Assembly: GCA_046754225.1 (NCBI GenBank)
Contig: JBHHVI010000001.1
Coordinates: forward strand, 5,776-69,775
Source of the DNA: Thermodesulfobacteriota bacterium
Lineage (GTDB): Bacteria; Desulfobacterota; GWC2-55-46; JADFVP01
Length of the DNA stretch: 64,000 bases
Reading direction: 5' to 3'
This document shows positions 38,818-51,437 of this stretch, in pieces (the stretch's first letter is position 1; every line of letters begins with the position of its first letter). The translations under genes and the position numbers were made by a program. Below the pieces are notes generated by a model. The model did not search any database, was not told the origin of the DNA, and saw nothing but the letters and a program-made list of their open reading frames with translations.

Positions 38818-40997
38818 TATCCCTGCCTCCTCTTTAAGACCTCGCGCGGACGGCTCCCCTGCGAGGGGCCCACGATGCCTTCGTGCTCCATACGTTCTAT
38901 AAGGCGGGCTGCGGTGTTGTAGCCTATCCTGAACCGCCTCTGAATATACGACGTGGATATCATCTCCAGGCTCGACGCAAGCTCAACGGCTTCGTCATAA
39001 CGCCTTAAAAATTCCTCGCTCAAATCCTCGTCCTCCTCGCCGGCGGCCTTTTCGCTCTCCTTGATGAGCGTTTCGTCATAAGCGGGGCTGCCCTGCCCCC
39101 TCCAGAACTCCGCCACCTTCTTTATCTCCCCTTCCGAGATATAGACCCCGTGAAGCCTGTGGAGCTTCGATGTATTGGGCGGGAGAAAGAGCATATCGCC
39201 GCTTCCGAGGAGCGTTTCGGCTCCAGTAGAGTCGAGTATGGTGCGCGAATCCGTTCTTGTGGGCAGTTGGAAGGCGATACGGGCCGGGAAGTTCGTTTTT
39301 ATAAGGCCCGTGACAACATCGACGGAGGGCCTCTGCGTGGCCACGATGAGGTGAATACCCGAGGCCCTGGCCATCTGTGAAAGCCTTACCATGCTCTCCT
39401 CCACGTCCTTTCCAGAGGTCATCATGAGGTCGGCGAGTTCGTCTATGATGACGACAATATAGGGCAGCCTCTTATGCTCCCCGTCTTCGGCCTTATTCTC
39501 CTTGATGAGATGGTTGTACATATCTATATTCTTGGCGCCCTTGTCGGTCATGCGCCTGTAACGCTTGACCATCTCCGCCACCAGGCTCTTAAGCGCCGCG
39601 GCCGCCTTCTTCGGCTCTGTTATGACGGGGGTAATAAGATGGGGTATGCCCTCGTAGGCGGTAAGCTCAAGCATCTTGGGGTCGATCATCAGGAGTCTCA
39701 CCTCCTCGGGCGTGGCCTTGAGAAGTATGCTGGCTATCATGGCGTTTACAGCCACGCTCTTTCCGGCGCCCGTGGCCCCGGCTATAAGGAGATGGGGCAT
39801 TTTGGCGAGGTCGGCGACAAAGGGGTTGCCTGCGATATCCTTTCCAAGGGCGAGGCTGAGACGCGAGCGGGATTTGGCGAAGGCGTGCCCCTCGACGAGG
39901 TCCCTGAAAAATATCTTCTCCCTCCCGGCGTTGGGTATCTCAATGCCGACTACCGATTTTCCGGGTATGGGGGCGATGATCCTTATTGAAGGCGCCTTCA
40001 TGGCCAGCGCCAAATCGTTGGAGAGGTTTATAATCCTGCCCACCTTTACGCCCGAGGCGGGCTCGAACTCGTACATGGTTACTATGGGGCCGGGCCTCAC
40101 CTCTATAACGTTACCTGAGATTCCGAAGTCCAGGAGTTTTCTGCTTAAGATCTTGGAGTTCTCAAGAAGGGCGGCGTTATCTATGGCGGCGCCGCTCCCA
40201 TGAGCAGGGTCAAGGAGGTCCGCCGAGGGGAGTTTGAAGCTCCCCCTGGGGCTTGTAATTTCGAGGTGGTCTTCCGATGAGGCAGAGGACGGGGTGGCCG
40301 CTGGGGGCGGGGCCTTTTTCGGGGCCGCCGGGATATCCTTATCCTTTATCTCAGGGGTTATAATGGCGGGATAACCCTTTTCCGGCTCCGACTCTTTCTC
40401 GCCGCCAGCTTTTTCCTTTTTCTTTTTCCTGGCCTTATTACGGGCCTTCCTTGCCCCGGCCTTTGCGGCGATTATTTCCTTAAGCCTCTCTGAGATGGAA
40501 CCTGAAAAGGCTATCGTTGACCTAAATCCGCCAAAGACCGTCTGAACGAGAGAAAGCCCCGTGGTGGCGAGCATGGAGACAAGGACCGCCGAGACAAGCA
40601 CTATAACGGCCCCCGTTACGCCGAGGTACGAGGCGAGGGGCCCGCCGATAGTCCTGCCTATCGACCCCCCCGCCCCTTCGGTATCGGTTATAACCTGAAT
40701 CAGCGCGGATAACGCCGGTATAAACACGATAAAACCGGCGGGAGCGGCGTGAGTGAGCTTAAAAACGCGCCTTAATAAAAACCTTATGGAAAGGATAAAG
40801 AGAAAAAACGGGAATGTGTACGAGGTGTAACCGAGAAAGGTGATGAGCCCCCATGAAAGGAAATCCCCGACGACGCCGCCCCAGTTGGCCGGCTCGCCCC
40901 GCGAGAAAAGGCTTATGGCCGTGTAGAGGGCCATGGCCATGAGCACTATGCCTATGGCCTCCTGCTTGAGGCCCGACTCTTTCTTTTTTTCCGCCAT
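38817..40997 (-). CDS. ftsK: DNA translocase FtsK
   Basis: 726 aa with N-terminal transmembrane segments, a Pro/Ala/Lys-rich linker, and a motor domain with GATGAGKS. Confidence 0.9.
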   Translation of the reverse strand: MAEKKKESGLKQEAIGIVLMAMALYTAISLFSRGEPANWGGVVGDFLSWGLITFLGYTSYTFPFFLFILSIRFLLRRVFKLTHAAPAGFIVFIPALSALIQVITDTEGAGGSIGRTIGGPLASYLGVTGAVIVLVSAVLVSMLATTGLSLVQTVFGGFRSTIAFSGSISERLKEIIAAKAGARKARNKARKKKKEKAGGEKESEPEKGYPAIITPEIKDKDIPAAPKKAPPPAATPSSASSEDHLEITSPRGSFKLPSADLLDPAHGSGAAIDNAALLENSKILSRKLLDFGISGNVIEVRPGPIVTMYEFEPASGVKVGRIINLSNDLALAMKAPSIRIIAPIPGKSVVGIEIPNAGREKIFFRDLVEGHAFAKSRSRLSLALGKDIAGNPFVADLAKMPHLLIAGATGAGKSVAVNAMIASILLKATPEEVRLLMIDPKMLELTAYEGIPHLITPVITEPKKAAAALKSLVAEMVKRYRRMTDKGAKNIDMYNHLIKENKAEDGEHKRLPYIVVIIDELADLMMTSGKDVEESMVRLSQMARASGIHLIVATQRPSVDVVTGLIKTNFPARIAFQLPTRTDSRTILDSTGAETLLGSGDMLFLPPNTSKLHRLHGVYISEGEIKKVAEFWRGQGSPAYDETLIKESEKAAGEEDEDLSEEFLRRYDEAVELASSLEMISTSYIQRRFRIGYNTAARLIERMEHEGIVGPSQGSRPREVLKRRQG

Positions 40998-41072
40998 ATC
41001 TTTTTATTAAAAACCGCCTGCAACCCGTTTTTTAAGTCCCGGCAGACCCGTTTCTAAAATAACCTGAAAAAC

Positions 41073-42212
41073 TCAGGGGTTCTTGAACTGCTTGCTGAGC
41101 GTTATGCCCTGAAACTGATAAGAAGACCCTATCTTCGGCCCGTAGACCTTCTCCGGGACCTCTCTCATCTTTTCATAGGTAAGCTTGCAGAATGTCTGGC
41201 CGTGGGCGATCATGAAAGGCGCGTCATGGGCCCTCACCTCAAGGACGGCCTTCGTGCCCTTTACCTCGCCGCCTGGCCCGTAGCCGAAGCCCGGGTCGAA
41301 GAAACCGGCGTAGTGGGTGCGGAGTTCCCCGGAGCCCGCCTCGTAGGCGGCCATCTCGGCGGCGTATTCAGGGGGTATGCGTATCTTCTCCTTGGACGAG
41401 AGTATGTAGAAGTCCTCCGGTTCGAGTATGAGTGTGCCCTTCTCGTTCCGGTAGATGGGTTCCCAGAAGTCCTTGATATTATAATGGTTTCTCTTCGTAA
41501 GGTCAACGACGTGGCTGTTCTTCCTGGACTTATACCCTATGACGCCGCCGGGGCCGTCCCCCTCGAGGTCGACTCCCATGAAGAGCCCCTTTGAAATTTT
41601 TACGTTCTCGGCAGGCACCCCTTCTTCGCCTTCATAGAGTATCCCCGGACTTAAGTGGAGCCCTTTCAACTCCTCATCGCTAAGGACGCAGTCCCCGCCC
41701 ATAAGACGGAGTTGGACAAGGCTCAGCCCCTCTCTTACCTTGATGGTAAATGACCTCGGCAGGACCTCAAGAAAAAGCCTTCCGCCATAACCATCAGCGA
41801 TGTCGTCAAAACGGGGGTTCCTGTCCGTCAGTACCCTCGCGAATATATCAAGTCGACCTGTTGTTGACTTCGGGTTCGCCCTCGCCGAGACGCCTTCGGG
41901 GAGTCTCAATTCCTCGATTAGGGGTATAAGGTATACGTGCCCCTTTTCAAGTATCCCTCCGCCTGATATATCGGTCTCATACATTACAAGGTCCGAGCCG
42001 TAAAGGTCGGGGGCGTGCAATTGCTCCATAACCTCATGGCTCTCGGGCAGAAAACTGGAGACGAGCCTGTAGGCCTTTGAGCCGAGCCGGAGGTCCATGC
42101 TCGCCGGCTGGATCTGAACCTCGCCTATTGGGGCGCCCTTTGAGGATATAACCCCTTTTTCAACGCAATCCTTAAGGGCCTGCCAGCTGTAGACTCCGCT
42201 CTTTTTCTTCAA
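41073..42212 (-). CDS. Long-form 2'-deoxycytidine 5'-triphosphate deaminase-like protein (DCD family)
   Basis: 379 aa; the QPASMDLRLG motif resembles the dCTP deaminase/dUTPase fold. Confidence 0.55.
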   Translation of the reverse strand: MKKKSGVYSWQALKDCVEKGVISSKGAPIGEVQIQPASMDLRLGSKAYRLVSSFLPESHEVMEQLHAPDLYGSDLVMYETDISGGGILEKGHVYLIPLIEELRLPEGVSARANPKSTTGRLDIFARVLTDRNPRFDDIADGYGGRLFLEVLPRSFTIKVREGLSLVQLRLMGGDCVLSDEELKGLHLSPGILYEGEEGVPAENVKISKGLFMGVDLEGDGPGGVIGYKSRKNSHVVDLTKRNHYNIKDFWEPIYRNEKGTLILEPEDFYILSSKEKIRIPPEYAAEMAAYEAGSGELRTHYAGFFDPGFGYGPGGEVKGTKAVLEVRAHDAPFMIAHGQTFCKLTYEKMREVPEKVYGPKIGSSYQFQGITLSKQFKNP

Positions 42213-42464
42213 CCGCTCTCCTTAAATCGATTATCCCTTGTATTCCGAAATCCCTTTATACCAAACGAAAAAAGGGCGGGCTGAGCAAAAAAAACCGCCG
42301 CTAAGATGTTATAGCAGTAAAACCCGAAGGTCAAGATTTTATATGTCTTGATATAAAAACGGTAATTTTCCGGAAGGATGTAAACTGCCGGGGATTAAGG
42401 ATTTAAATAGCCGGGGATATTGAGGGGTTAAGAGGTTGGTCTTAAAAAAAGCGGGGCGGCTTAA

Positions 42465-42833
42465 TCAGCAGAATTTGAGTCCGGCCTTGGAAATGCCGTA
42501 TATCTTCTTGGCCCATACTATACGGGCGCTCTTTTCCATTTTGGATTTCCTGATATAGATCCTCACCGTATCATCCTCGTCAAAGGGGAGATAGCCCTTC
42601 ATCCTGATACCGAGGCCGTCCCGGGATATATCCATCAGCCTGACCGGCACCCTGACATCGCCCTTCATGAGATCGCAGTGGTCATGCGTAATATCCCTCT
42701 TGGCCCCCCTCTTATCCTCATATGCGGCTATAGAGGCGAATCCGCAATAAGGACAGGGCATCTTCGACTCATTTGCGGCGCTGTAATAAGGATTACTGCA
42801 TCTCGCGCATTCCTGTCTTTTCATGTCAGCCAT
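42465..42833 (-). CDS. PilZ-domain protein with an N-terminal zinc ribbon
   Basis: Contains CARCSNPYY...CPYCGF, then RGAKRDITH...DISRDGLGI (RxxxR...D/NxSxxG). Confidence 0.6.
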   Translation of the reverse strand: MADMKRQECARCSNPYYSAANESKMPCPYCGFASIAAYEDKRGAKRDITHDHCDLMKGDVRVPVRLMDISRDGLGIRMKGYLPFDEDDTVRIYIRKSKMEKSARIVWAKKIYGISKAGLKFC

Positions 42834-43086
42834 AAATTCTCAAGAAGCATTCAAAAAACATGATGAATGTTATATTAAACGACGCGGCAGTTTTGATTAT
42901 AATAAGATTGGTTTGATTTTGTCAAATAATTTTTAAAAAAAATGTTCTATGTAAATATTAAGTTTATTTTATCAACCATATATTAATCAATTCCTCCGCT
43001 CCGCTCCACAACAAAAAAACCTCTCAAAAGCCTGTAAAAACCCGCCTCCCCTTGACATTCCCCCCCCTCTCTGATAAACGGTAAAT

Positions 43087-43395
43087 GTGAAAAAGAGCCG
43101 TGGAAAACAACCGGGGCTGAGGTTCAAGGCCGTTTATATCTTTGGCGCCGTAATCTTAGCCATAACCCTCTTTACCGTATTCGGCGACAAGGGGCTTATC
43201 GACGTCTACAGGATCAAAAAAGACAGGAACAATATTTTAAGATACAACAGCGAGCTTGAAAAAGAGAACGCCGGCCTCGAAAGAAGGATAGCCCTTTTAA
43301 AGAAAGACAGGCGATACATAGAAGATATCGCCAAAAAAGAACTGGGCATGATAAGAAAAGACGAGGTCGTCTACAGGTTCGAAGCATTGGATTAG
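43087..43395 (+). CDS. ftsB: Septum formation initiator (FtsB/DivIC family)
   Basis: 102 aa with a GTG start, a single transmembrane segment, and a coiled coil (LEKENAGLERRIALLKKD). Confidence 0.6.
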   Translation: MKKSRGKQPGLRFKAVYIFGAVILAITLFTVFGDKGLIDVYRIKKDRNNILRYNSELEKENAGLERRIALLKKDRRYIEDIAKKELGMIRKDEVVYRFEALD

Positions 43396-43620
43396 CCCCT
43401 CCCGGAAACGCCCCGCCTCATTTTTGTGACCCCCCCTTTTTAAATCACCCTTTTTAAATCCAGGAAAAGGATATTTTTGTTGAACCGCTGAAAGTAGCGG
43501 CAGGGCCGTCTACATTCAGCCCCCTTTCATGGAAACGCCTTTTGGGGCCCGGCGTAGCAGAGCCCCTCTCCACCTCTCATAAGGGGCCGGCCGGGTTAAA
43601 AGACAAAAAAACAGACATAA

Positions 43621-43649
43621 TTGACTAACCCCATAAAAAAGGTTATAAG
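43621..43649 (+). promoter_or_regulatory. Candidate sigma70-type promoter (TTGACT-N17-TATAAG) ending 9 nt before the CN-hydrolase ATG, implying a leaderless or near-leaderless mRNA
   Basis: Seen directly. Confidence 0.35.
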
Positions 43650-43658
43650 TTTTTTCCT

Positions 43659-44507
43659 ATGGAAAGAATCATAAAGACCGCCGGCATCCAGATAGCCCCA
43701 ACAGGGGACGGGGAAAAAACCCTTAAAAAGACCGGGGAGCTTATAGCGCTCGCCGCCGACGAGGGGGCGGCTATCGTGGCGCTTCCCGAACTCTTCAACA
43801 CCCCCTGGTTCCCGGCGGCCATCGACAAAACGAATTTCTCCCTCGCAGAGGAGGCCGACGGAAGGACCATCTCCTCACTAAGGGAGACCGCCGCCAGTAA
43901 AAAGGTCTATATAGTGGCGACGATTTTCGAAAAGGACGGGGCGGACCACTTCAACACCGCCTTTGTAATAGGCAACGACGGCTCCATCAAAGGTAAATAC
44001 AGGAAAATACATGTGCCGGGGATACCGCTCTGGGAGGAGAAGAGCTACTTCAAGCCCGGCGACCTCGGTTTTCCCGTTTTCAAGACCCCGCTGGCCACGA
44101 TCGGGGTCCAGATATGCTGGGACGTCTTCTTCCCCGAGGGTTTCAGGGTCCTCGCCCTGAAGGGCGCCGAGATAATATTCACGCCGACGGCGTCGGCCTT
44201 TTACCATTCACACAAAAAATGGGAGCGCGCCATTTCCGCCGCCGCCCACTCTAACGGCCTTTTTATCTTCAGGGTCAACAGGGTGGGAGAGGAAGAGCGC
44301 CAGGAATTTTACGGCAGGAGTTTCTGCACCAAGCCCGACGGCGAGCTCCTTATGCCGCCGAGCGGGGCCTCCGAGGGGATAGTCCTCGCCGAGATAGATT
44401 TAAGCGAAATCGATTCCACGAGACAGGAATGGGTCTTTTTAAAGGACAGAAGGCCCGGGGAATACGGCAAGATTACGGAGGAGACGGGTGAAGGCAAGGG
44501 TTCGTGA
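43659..44507 (+). CDS. Carbon-nitrogen hydrolase family protein (nitrilase superfamily)
   Basis: Glu-Lys-Cys triad context (ALPELF, YRKIH, QICWD), 282 aa. Confidence 0.8.
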   Translation: MERIIKTAGIQIAPTGDGEKTLKKTGELIALAADEGAAIVALPELFNTPWFPAAIDKTNFSLAEEADGRTISSLRETAASKKVYIVATIFEKDGADHFNTAFVIGNDGSIKGKYRKIHVPGIPLWEEKSYFKPGDLGFPVFKTPLATIGVQICWDVFFPEGFRVLALKGAEIIFTPTASAFYHSHKKWERAISAAAHSNGLFIFRVNRVGEEERQEFYGRSFCTKPDGELLMPPSGASEGIVLAEIDLSEIDSTRQEWVFLKDRRPGEYGKITEETGEGKGS

Positions 44508-46155
44508 GATAATAGAGGATGCCCTCGACGGGCTCATAAAAGACGGCGTCTTCAAGGGTATGGAGGAGAGGCCCGGGATAATCGTTGAAAGGCCGAAGCA
44601 AAAAGAATTCGGAGACGCCTCCACCAATATAGCCATGCTCCTCGCGAAACCTCTCAGGAAAAAACCCCGCGATATAGCAGAAAAAATTGCCCGGAAGGCC
44701 GGAGCTGCCGGGGACGTTGAAAGATGCGAGGTGGCGGGGCCGGGTTTCATAAATGTCTTTTTGAATAAGACCTACTGGCCTTCGAGGCTCAAGGAGATAC
44801 TCGCAGACGGCTCCGGCGTCGGCAAACTCGACGTGGGGGCGGGCAAAAAGGTCCAGGTCGAGTTCGTGAGCGCCAACCCCACGGGCCCCCTGCATATAGG
44901 CCACGGCCGGGGCGCGGCCGTGGGGGACTCCATGGCCAATATCCTGAAGGCCGCGGGCTTTGATGTGACGAAAGAGTTTTACATAAACGACGTGGGCCGT
45001 CAGGTGGAGGTCCTTGGCCGCTCCGTATACCTGCGCTATCTCGAACTCCTCGGCCGCGTGGTAGTCATGCCAGAAGAGTCTTACAGGGGCGGGTATATAA
45101 AGGACGTGGCCGGGGAATTTTTGGACGCAAAGGGCGACGCCTTCAAGGAGACGCCCGAAGAAGAGGCCATACCGGTCTTCAGGGACTTCGCAAAAGAAAG
45201 ACTCCTCGAAAGGATAAGAAGGGACCTCCTGGACTTCGGCATTGAGTTCGATGTCTGGTACAGCGAGAAGTCCCTCCATGAAAAGGGTCTCGTTACAAAG
45301 GCCCTCGAAGAACTCAAGGAAAAGGACCTCTCCTACGAGGAGGAAGGCGCGCTCTGGTTCAGGAGTTCCGGCTTCGGTGACGACAAGGACAGGGTCCTTA
45401 TAAAGGCCGACGGCGCCATGACTTATTTCGCCTCGGACATCGCCTACCACCGGGACAAATTAGAGCGGGGTTTCGACACTCTCATAAACGTCTGGGGCGC
45501 CGACCACCACGGCTATGAGTCGAGGGTTCGGGCCTTTATAAAGGCCATGGGCCGCGACGACTCGGCCCTTCATATAATATTCATCCAGCTCGTCTCGCTC
45601 CTCCGGGACGGCGCGCCCGTGGCCATGGGCAAGAGGCAGGGCGAGTTCGTCACCCTGCGCCAGGTCATGGACGAGGTGGGTAGCGACGCGGCCCGTTTCT
45701 TCTTCCTTACGAGGAGGGCCGACGCGCACCTCGACTTCGACCTTGAACTGGCAAAGAAACAGGCCCCTGAAAACCCCGTCTACTATGTCCAGTACTGTTA
45801 CGCGAGGATAAAATCCATCTTCGAATTCGCCGCTGAAAAAGGCGCCGGTATTCCCGAAGAGGCCGACGAAAAAGACCTCGCGAGGCTCGACGGAGAGGAC
45901 GCCGTGGAGTTGATAAAGCACCTCGCATCATTTGACGAGGTAATAGAGAGGAGCGCGCTGGACTATGAGCCCCACAGGGTCACCTTTTATCTAATGGAAC
46001 TGGCCGGCCTCTTCCACCCCTATTACAACCGTAACAGGGTCGTTACCGAAGACGCCGGGCTTACCCGAGCGAGGCTCTTTTTATGCAGGGCCGTGGCGAA
46101 TGTCACGGGGGCGGGCCTTAAACTCCTCGGCATATCGGCCCCTGAGAAGATGTAA
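44488..46155 (+). CDS. argS: Arginine--tRNA ligase
   Basis: 555 aa with a HIGH-like region (ANPTGPLHIGHGRGA) and an anticodon-binding C-terminus. It overlaps the upstream gene by 20 nt. Confidence 0.9.
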   Translation: MKARVREIIEDALDGLIKDGVFKGMEERPGIIVERPKQKEFGDASTNIAMLLAKPLRKKPRDIAEKIARKAGAAGDVERCEVAGPGFINVFLNKTYWPSRLKEILADGSGVGKLDVGAGKKVQVEFVSANPTGPLHIGHGRGAAVGDSMANILKAAGFDVTKEFYINDVGRQVEVLGRSVYLRYLELLGRVVVMPEESYRGGYIKDVAGEFLDAKGDAFKETPEEEAIPVFRDFAKERLLERIRRDLLDFGIEFDVWYSEKSLHEKGLVTKALEELKEKDLSYEEEGALWFRSSGFGDDKDRVLIKADGAMTYFASDIAYHRDKLERGFDTLINVWGADHHGYESRVRAFIKAMGRDDSALHIIFIQLVSLLRDGAPVAMGKRQGEFVTLRQVMDEVGSDAARFFFLTRRADAHLDFDLELAKKQAPENPVYYVQYCYARIKSIFEFAAEKGAGIPEEADEKDLARLDGEDAVELIKHLASFDEVIERSALDYEPHRVTFYLMELAGLFHPYYNRNRVVTEDAGLTRARLFLCRAVANVTGAGLKLLGISAPEKM

Positions 46156-46343
46156 TTTTTTACGCGAAGGAATGACCTTTGGAGCCCCCCGGTCAGGGGT
46201 TGCCGGGCAGGGCCTTTTTATTGACAGTCTTTTAATTTTTATGATAGATTTTTATATTGACGGCGGACGTCCGGGGTTACCTTCCCCTGAGGGAATACCT
46301 CAAGACCCTGAAGGCCAGCCGTTATTGTTAATTAAAAAAATAT

Positions 46344-46421
46344 GGTGGGCGTAGCTCAGCTGGTTAGAGCACTGGATTGTGGTTCCAGGGGTCGGGGGTT
46401 CGAATCCCCTCGTCCACCCCA
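46344..46421 (+). tRNA. tRNA-His (anticodon GTG)
   Basis: Cloverleaf folded by hand: G-1 pairs with C73, a 7-bp acceptor stem, a TTGTGGT anticodon loop, TTCGAAT T-loop, and an encoded CCA. Confidence 0.9.
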
Positions 46422-46792
46422 GTTTTTTTCGCGACAAAATCAAATCCCTATCCTCTTAGCACTTTCCATACCTCGCCTTCCGTTACGCAGGGTGACATCG
46501 TCCGCCTTAAAACCGCCCATGAACTCGTTGAAAAGGGCCAGACGCGCGGGAAGATTGTATTGAGGGTGAGGGAGTGAACTCGGAACTTCAGGCAGAGAAC
46601 AGCCCTGAAGGCTGAATTGATTTTTGATAAAGCCGGGTGGGCACGGCCCACCAAAAAAGCGTGCAAATAAACGGAGAAAGACGGCGGGCAATGCCCGCCC
46701 TACTGAACTCCCATCATGGAGGGTGTTTGTTTTTCACCCCCCCCGCTGAGGACAAGAAATCCCCCCCTTCCCCCCTTTTTTTAAAGGGGCGA

Positions 46793-47191
46793 CTAAAACC
46801 TCTTTAAAAATTCCGCCGGGGTCTGGATCTCGATACTCAGGTACTGCCTTAACGCCACGAGCGCCTTATCGCCGCTGATTATCGCTTCGGCCTTCAACGC
46901 CACGGCGCATTCGACGAACTTGTCGTCATCGGGGTCGCCGTCAACTACCTCTATCTCCGGCGTCTTCGTGGTAAAGACTATATTGAACCCCCTTGAAAAG
47001 AGGGCCAGAAGCTCTCCAAGTTCCTCCTCGTCCTCAAGGCCGACGCGCTTTAAGACCTCGAAGTATTCGTCAAGGATGTCATTGGAGAGGCAAAGCGTCA
47101 CCCGCCCATCCCTCCAGAGGTCTATGACCCCGCGGGGATTGCCGCCGAAGAAGGAAGAGACGAAGACGTTGGTGTCTATGATTGCCCTCAT
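46793..47191 (-). CDS. PIN-domain toxin (VapC-like)
   Basis: Starts IIDTNVF..., with acidic residues of the PIN fold. It overlaps the upstream small gene by 4 nt. Confidence 0.7.
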   Translation of the reverse strand: MRAIIDTNVFVSSFFGGNPRGVIDLWRDGRVTLCLSNDILDEYFEVLKRVGLEDEEELGELLALFSRGFNIVFTTKTPEIEVVDGDPDDDKFVECAVALKAEAIISGDKALVALRQYLSIEIQTPAEFLKRF

Positions 47192-47436
47192 CTCTTTGCC
47201 TTCCGGACCTCCCTTACCGCCCTTTTGACATCCTCCGGGGTCTTTCCTTTGGCCTTGAGTTTCTTACCCACCCTCTCCCAGAGGCCGTCGATGTAGGAAC
47301 TTATATCGTGCTCCTTTACGTACTCCTCGATAAGCTCCCTCACCTTCTCGCTCGTGTTCTTACCCTCGATCCTGGCGAGCCTCGTGATATTTTCCTTAAG
47401 CTCCGGGTCCATCCGGATTATCATCTGTGTAGACAT
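47188..47436 (-). CDS. Ribbon-helix-helix-type antitoxin partner
   Basis: 82 aa; MSTQMIIRMDPELKENITRLARIEG fits an RHH fold. It is paired with the PIN gene. Confidence 0.55.
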   Translation of the reverse strand: MSTQMIIRMDPELKENITRLARIEGKNTSEKVRELIEEYVKEHDISSYIDGLWERVGKKLKAKGKTPEDVKRAVREVRKAKR

Positions 47437-47567
47437 AGCCTGATTCTCCCATGTTATATATTTTGTATATATTGTATATCAGATATAGCAATATGTCAAC
47501 CCCACCTCCCCCCTTTTTCCTGAACCTATTTAAGAGCTTACGACGCCGTAAAAAAACCGCTTCATGG

Positions 47568-47601
47568 GGGGCTTTTTTCTTTGAAAAAAGCCCCTTTTTT
47601 T
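47568..47601 (+). terminator. Strong intrinsic-terminator-like hairpin (12-bp stem GGGGCTTTTTTC/GAAAAAAGCCCC, 3-nt loop, T7 run)
   Basis: Seen directly in the antitoxin-gyrB intergenic region. Confidence 0.5.
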
Positions 47602-47668
47602 GTTGTAAATCTTGATTTTTGATGGTAAAATTTGACAATTTATGTTATTATAAGTTGTTGTTATATAA

Positions 47669-50206
<2,538 letters not shown>

Positions 50207-50235
50207 TTTTTTCCTTATGAAAGGATTTTGATAAA

Positions 50236-51060
50236 ATGACGACACATAGCACGCAGAGAATCGGCCTCTACATAGACGGCGCCAACATCACCCGTAACGG
50301 CGGGTACGGCATGAGGTTCGACGTCTTGAGGGATTTTTCCTGCCGCGCCAGCGGCGAGCCCATAAGGCTTAACGCCTACGTCGTATATGACGAGGAGCGC
50401 GCGAAGACGGACCACGACTACCGGGAGCGCACCTTCAACTTCCATTCCACGCTAAGGGACTACGGCTACAAGGTGATAGAAAAAATCGTCTCGTGGTACG
50501 TGGACGAAAGCGGGAACCGTTTCGGAAAGGCCAACGCCGACCTCGACATGGCCGTTGACGCGCTTTTGCAGTCCGAGAACCTTGACAAGGTGATAATGGC
50601 CACGGGCGACGGGGACTTCATTCAGGTAATCAGGGCGCTTCAAAACAAGGGCTGCAGGGTGGAGGTGGTCGCCTTCCAGAACGTCTCCTCGAACCTCAAA
50701 AGGGAGGCGGACCTCTTCATGTCCGGCTACCTCATACCGAACCTCCTTCCCATTGAGGGGGCGGACCCGAAAAAACACTGGGGCGAGGAGGGCTCGCGCG
50801 TCCGGGGGATCTGCTACACCTTCAACAAAACGAAAAACTTCGGTTTCATGCGTTACATAAAGAACATGGGGCCGGGGCTGTGGATTACCGACACGAGGAG
50901 AAGCGACTCGCCCTACTCCACTGCCTTCGCCCACGAGTCGAACTTCGAATCCCAGTCCGATATAAAAAATCTGCCGAGCCGCGACCTCATCTTCGAATTC
51001 GACATAGTGAAGGGCGAGAAGGGCATGCAGGCCTCGAAGATAAAGCGGGTATATCCGTAA
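50236..51060 (+). CDS. NYN/LabA-like domain protein with a C-terminal cold-shock domain
   Basis: The N-terminus (IGLYIDGANI...MATGDGDFIQVIRALQNKG) has the NYN/PIN-like fold. The C-terminus (GICYTFNKTKNFGFMRYI...FEFDIVKGEKGMQASKIK) has a CSD-like RNP motif. Confidence 0.6.
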   Translation: MTTHSTQRIGLYIDGANITRNGGYGMRFDVLRDFSCRASGEPIRLNAYVVYDEERAKTDHDYRERTFNFHSTLRDYGYKVIEKIVSWYVDESGNRFGKANADLDMAVDALLQSENLDKVIMATGDGDFIQVIRALQNKGCRVEVVAFQNVSSNLKREADLFMSGYLIPNLLPIEGADPKKHWGEEGSRVRGICYTFNKTKNFGFMRYIKNMGPGLWITDTRRSDSPYSTAFAHESNFESQSDIKNLPSRDLIFEFDIVKGEKGMQASKIKRVYP

Positions 51061-51437
51061 GCCGTTCCAGTACCCCCTCTATTAGCATTAGATTCAAAGG
51101 GGTTCTCTTATAGACAGTCTAAAAAAACATCCTCCATACAAATACAAACCCGCCGCCGCGCCCTTTATCCCCATCAACTAATCTTCCTTTAACGTCGTGG
51201 CTGTATAATATAATAACGGCAATTTGTTGACCGCCCCGTCTTCTCCCCATCTTTCCCACATCTCCTCATCGGTGCGCGTCAATTTAGACGGGCGCTAAAA
51301 AAAGGACGGATAGACGAAGAGGCCGCTTCCGGCGAAATGAATCGTTGAATATATTTTTTTATTCTGGTACGTGTTAAAATATTGGCGTTTATTTAATTAA
51401 GCCCGTCATTGAACCTATCGCGGGAGGTTTATCGGTC

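Noticed and set aside
46422-46792. Short ORFs (46342-46563, 46377-46577, 46440-46691, 46448-46666) and a possible att direct repeat downstream of tRNA-His
   Set aside because: The ORFs overlap the tRNA or each other and have low-complexity composition. No copy of the tRNA 3' end longer than ~6 nt was found.
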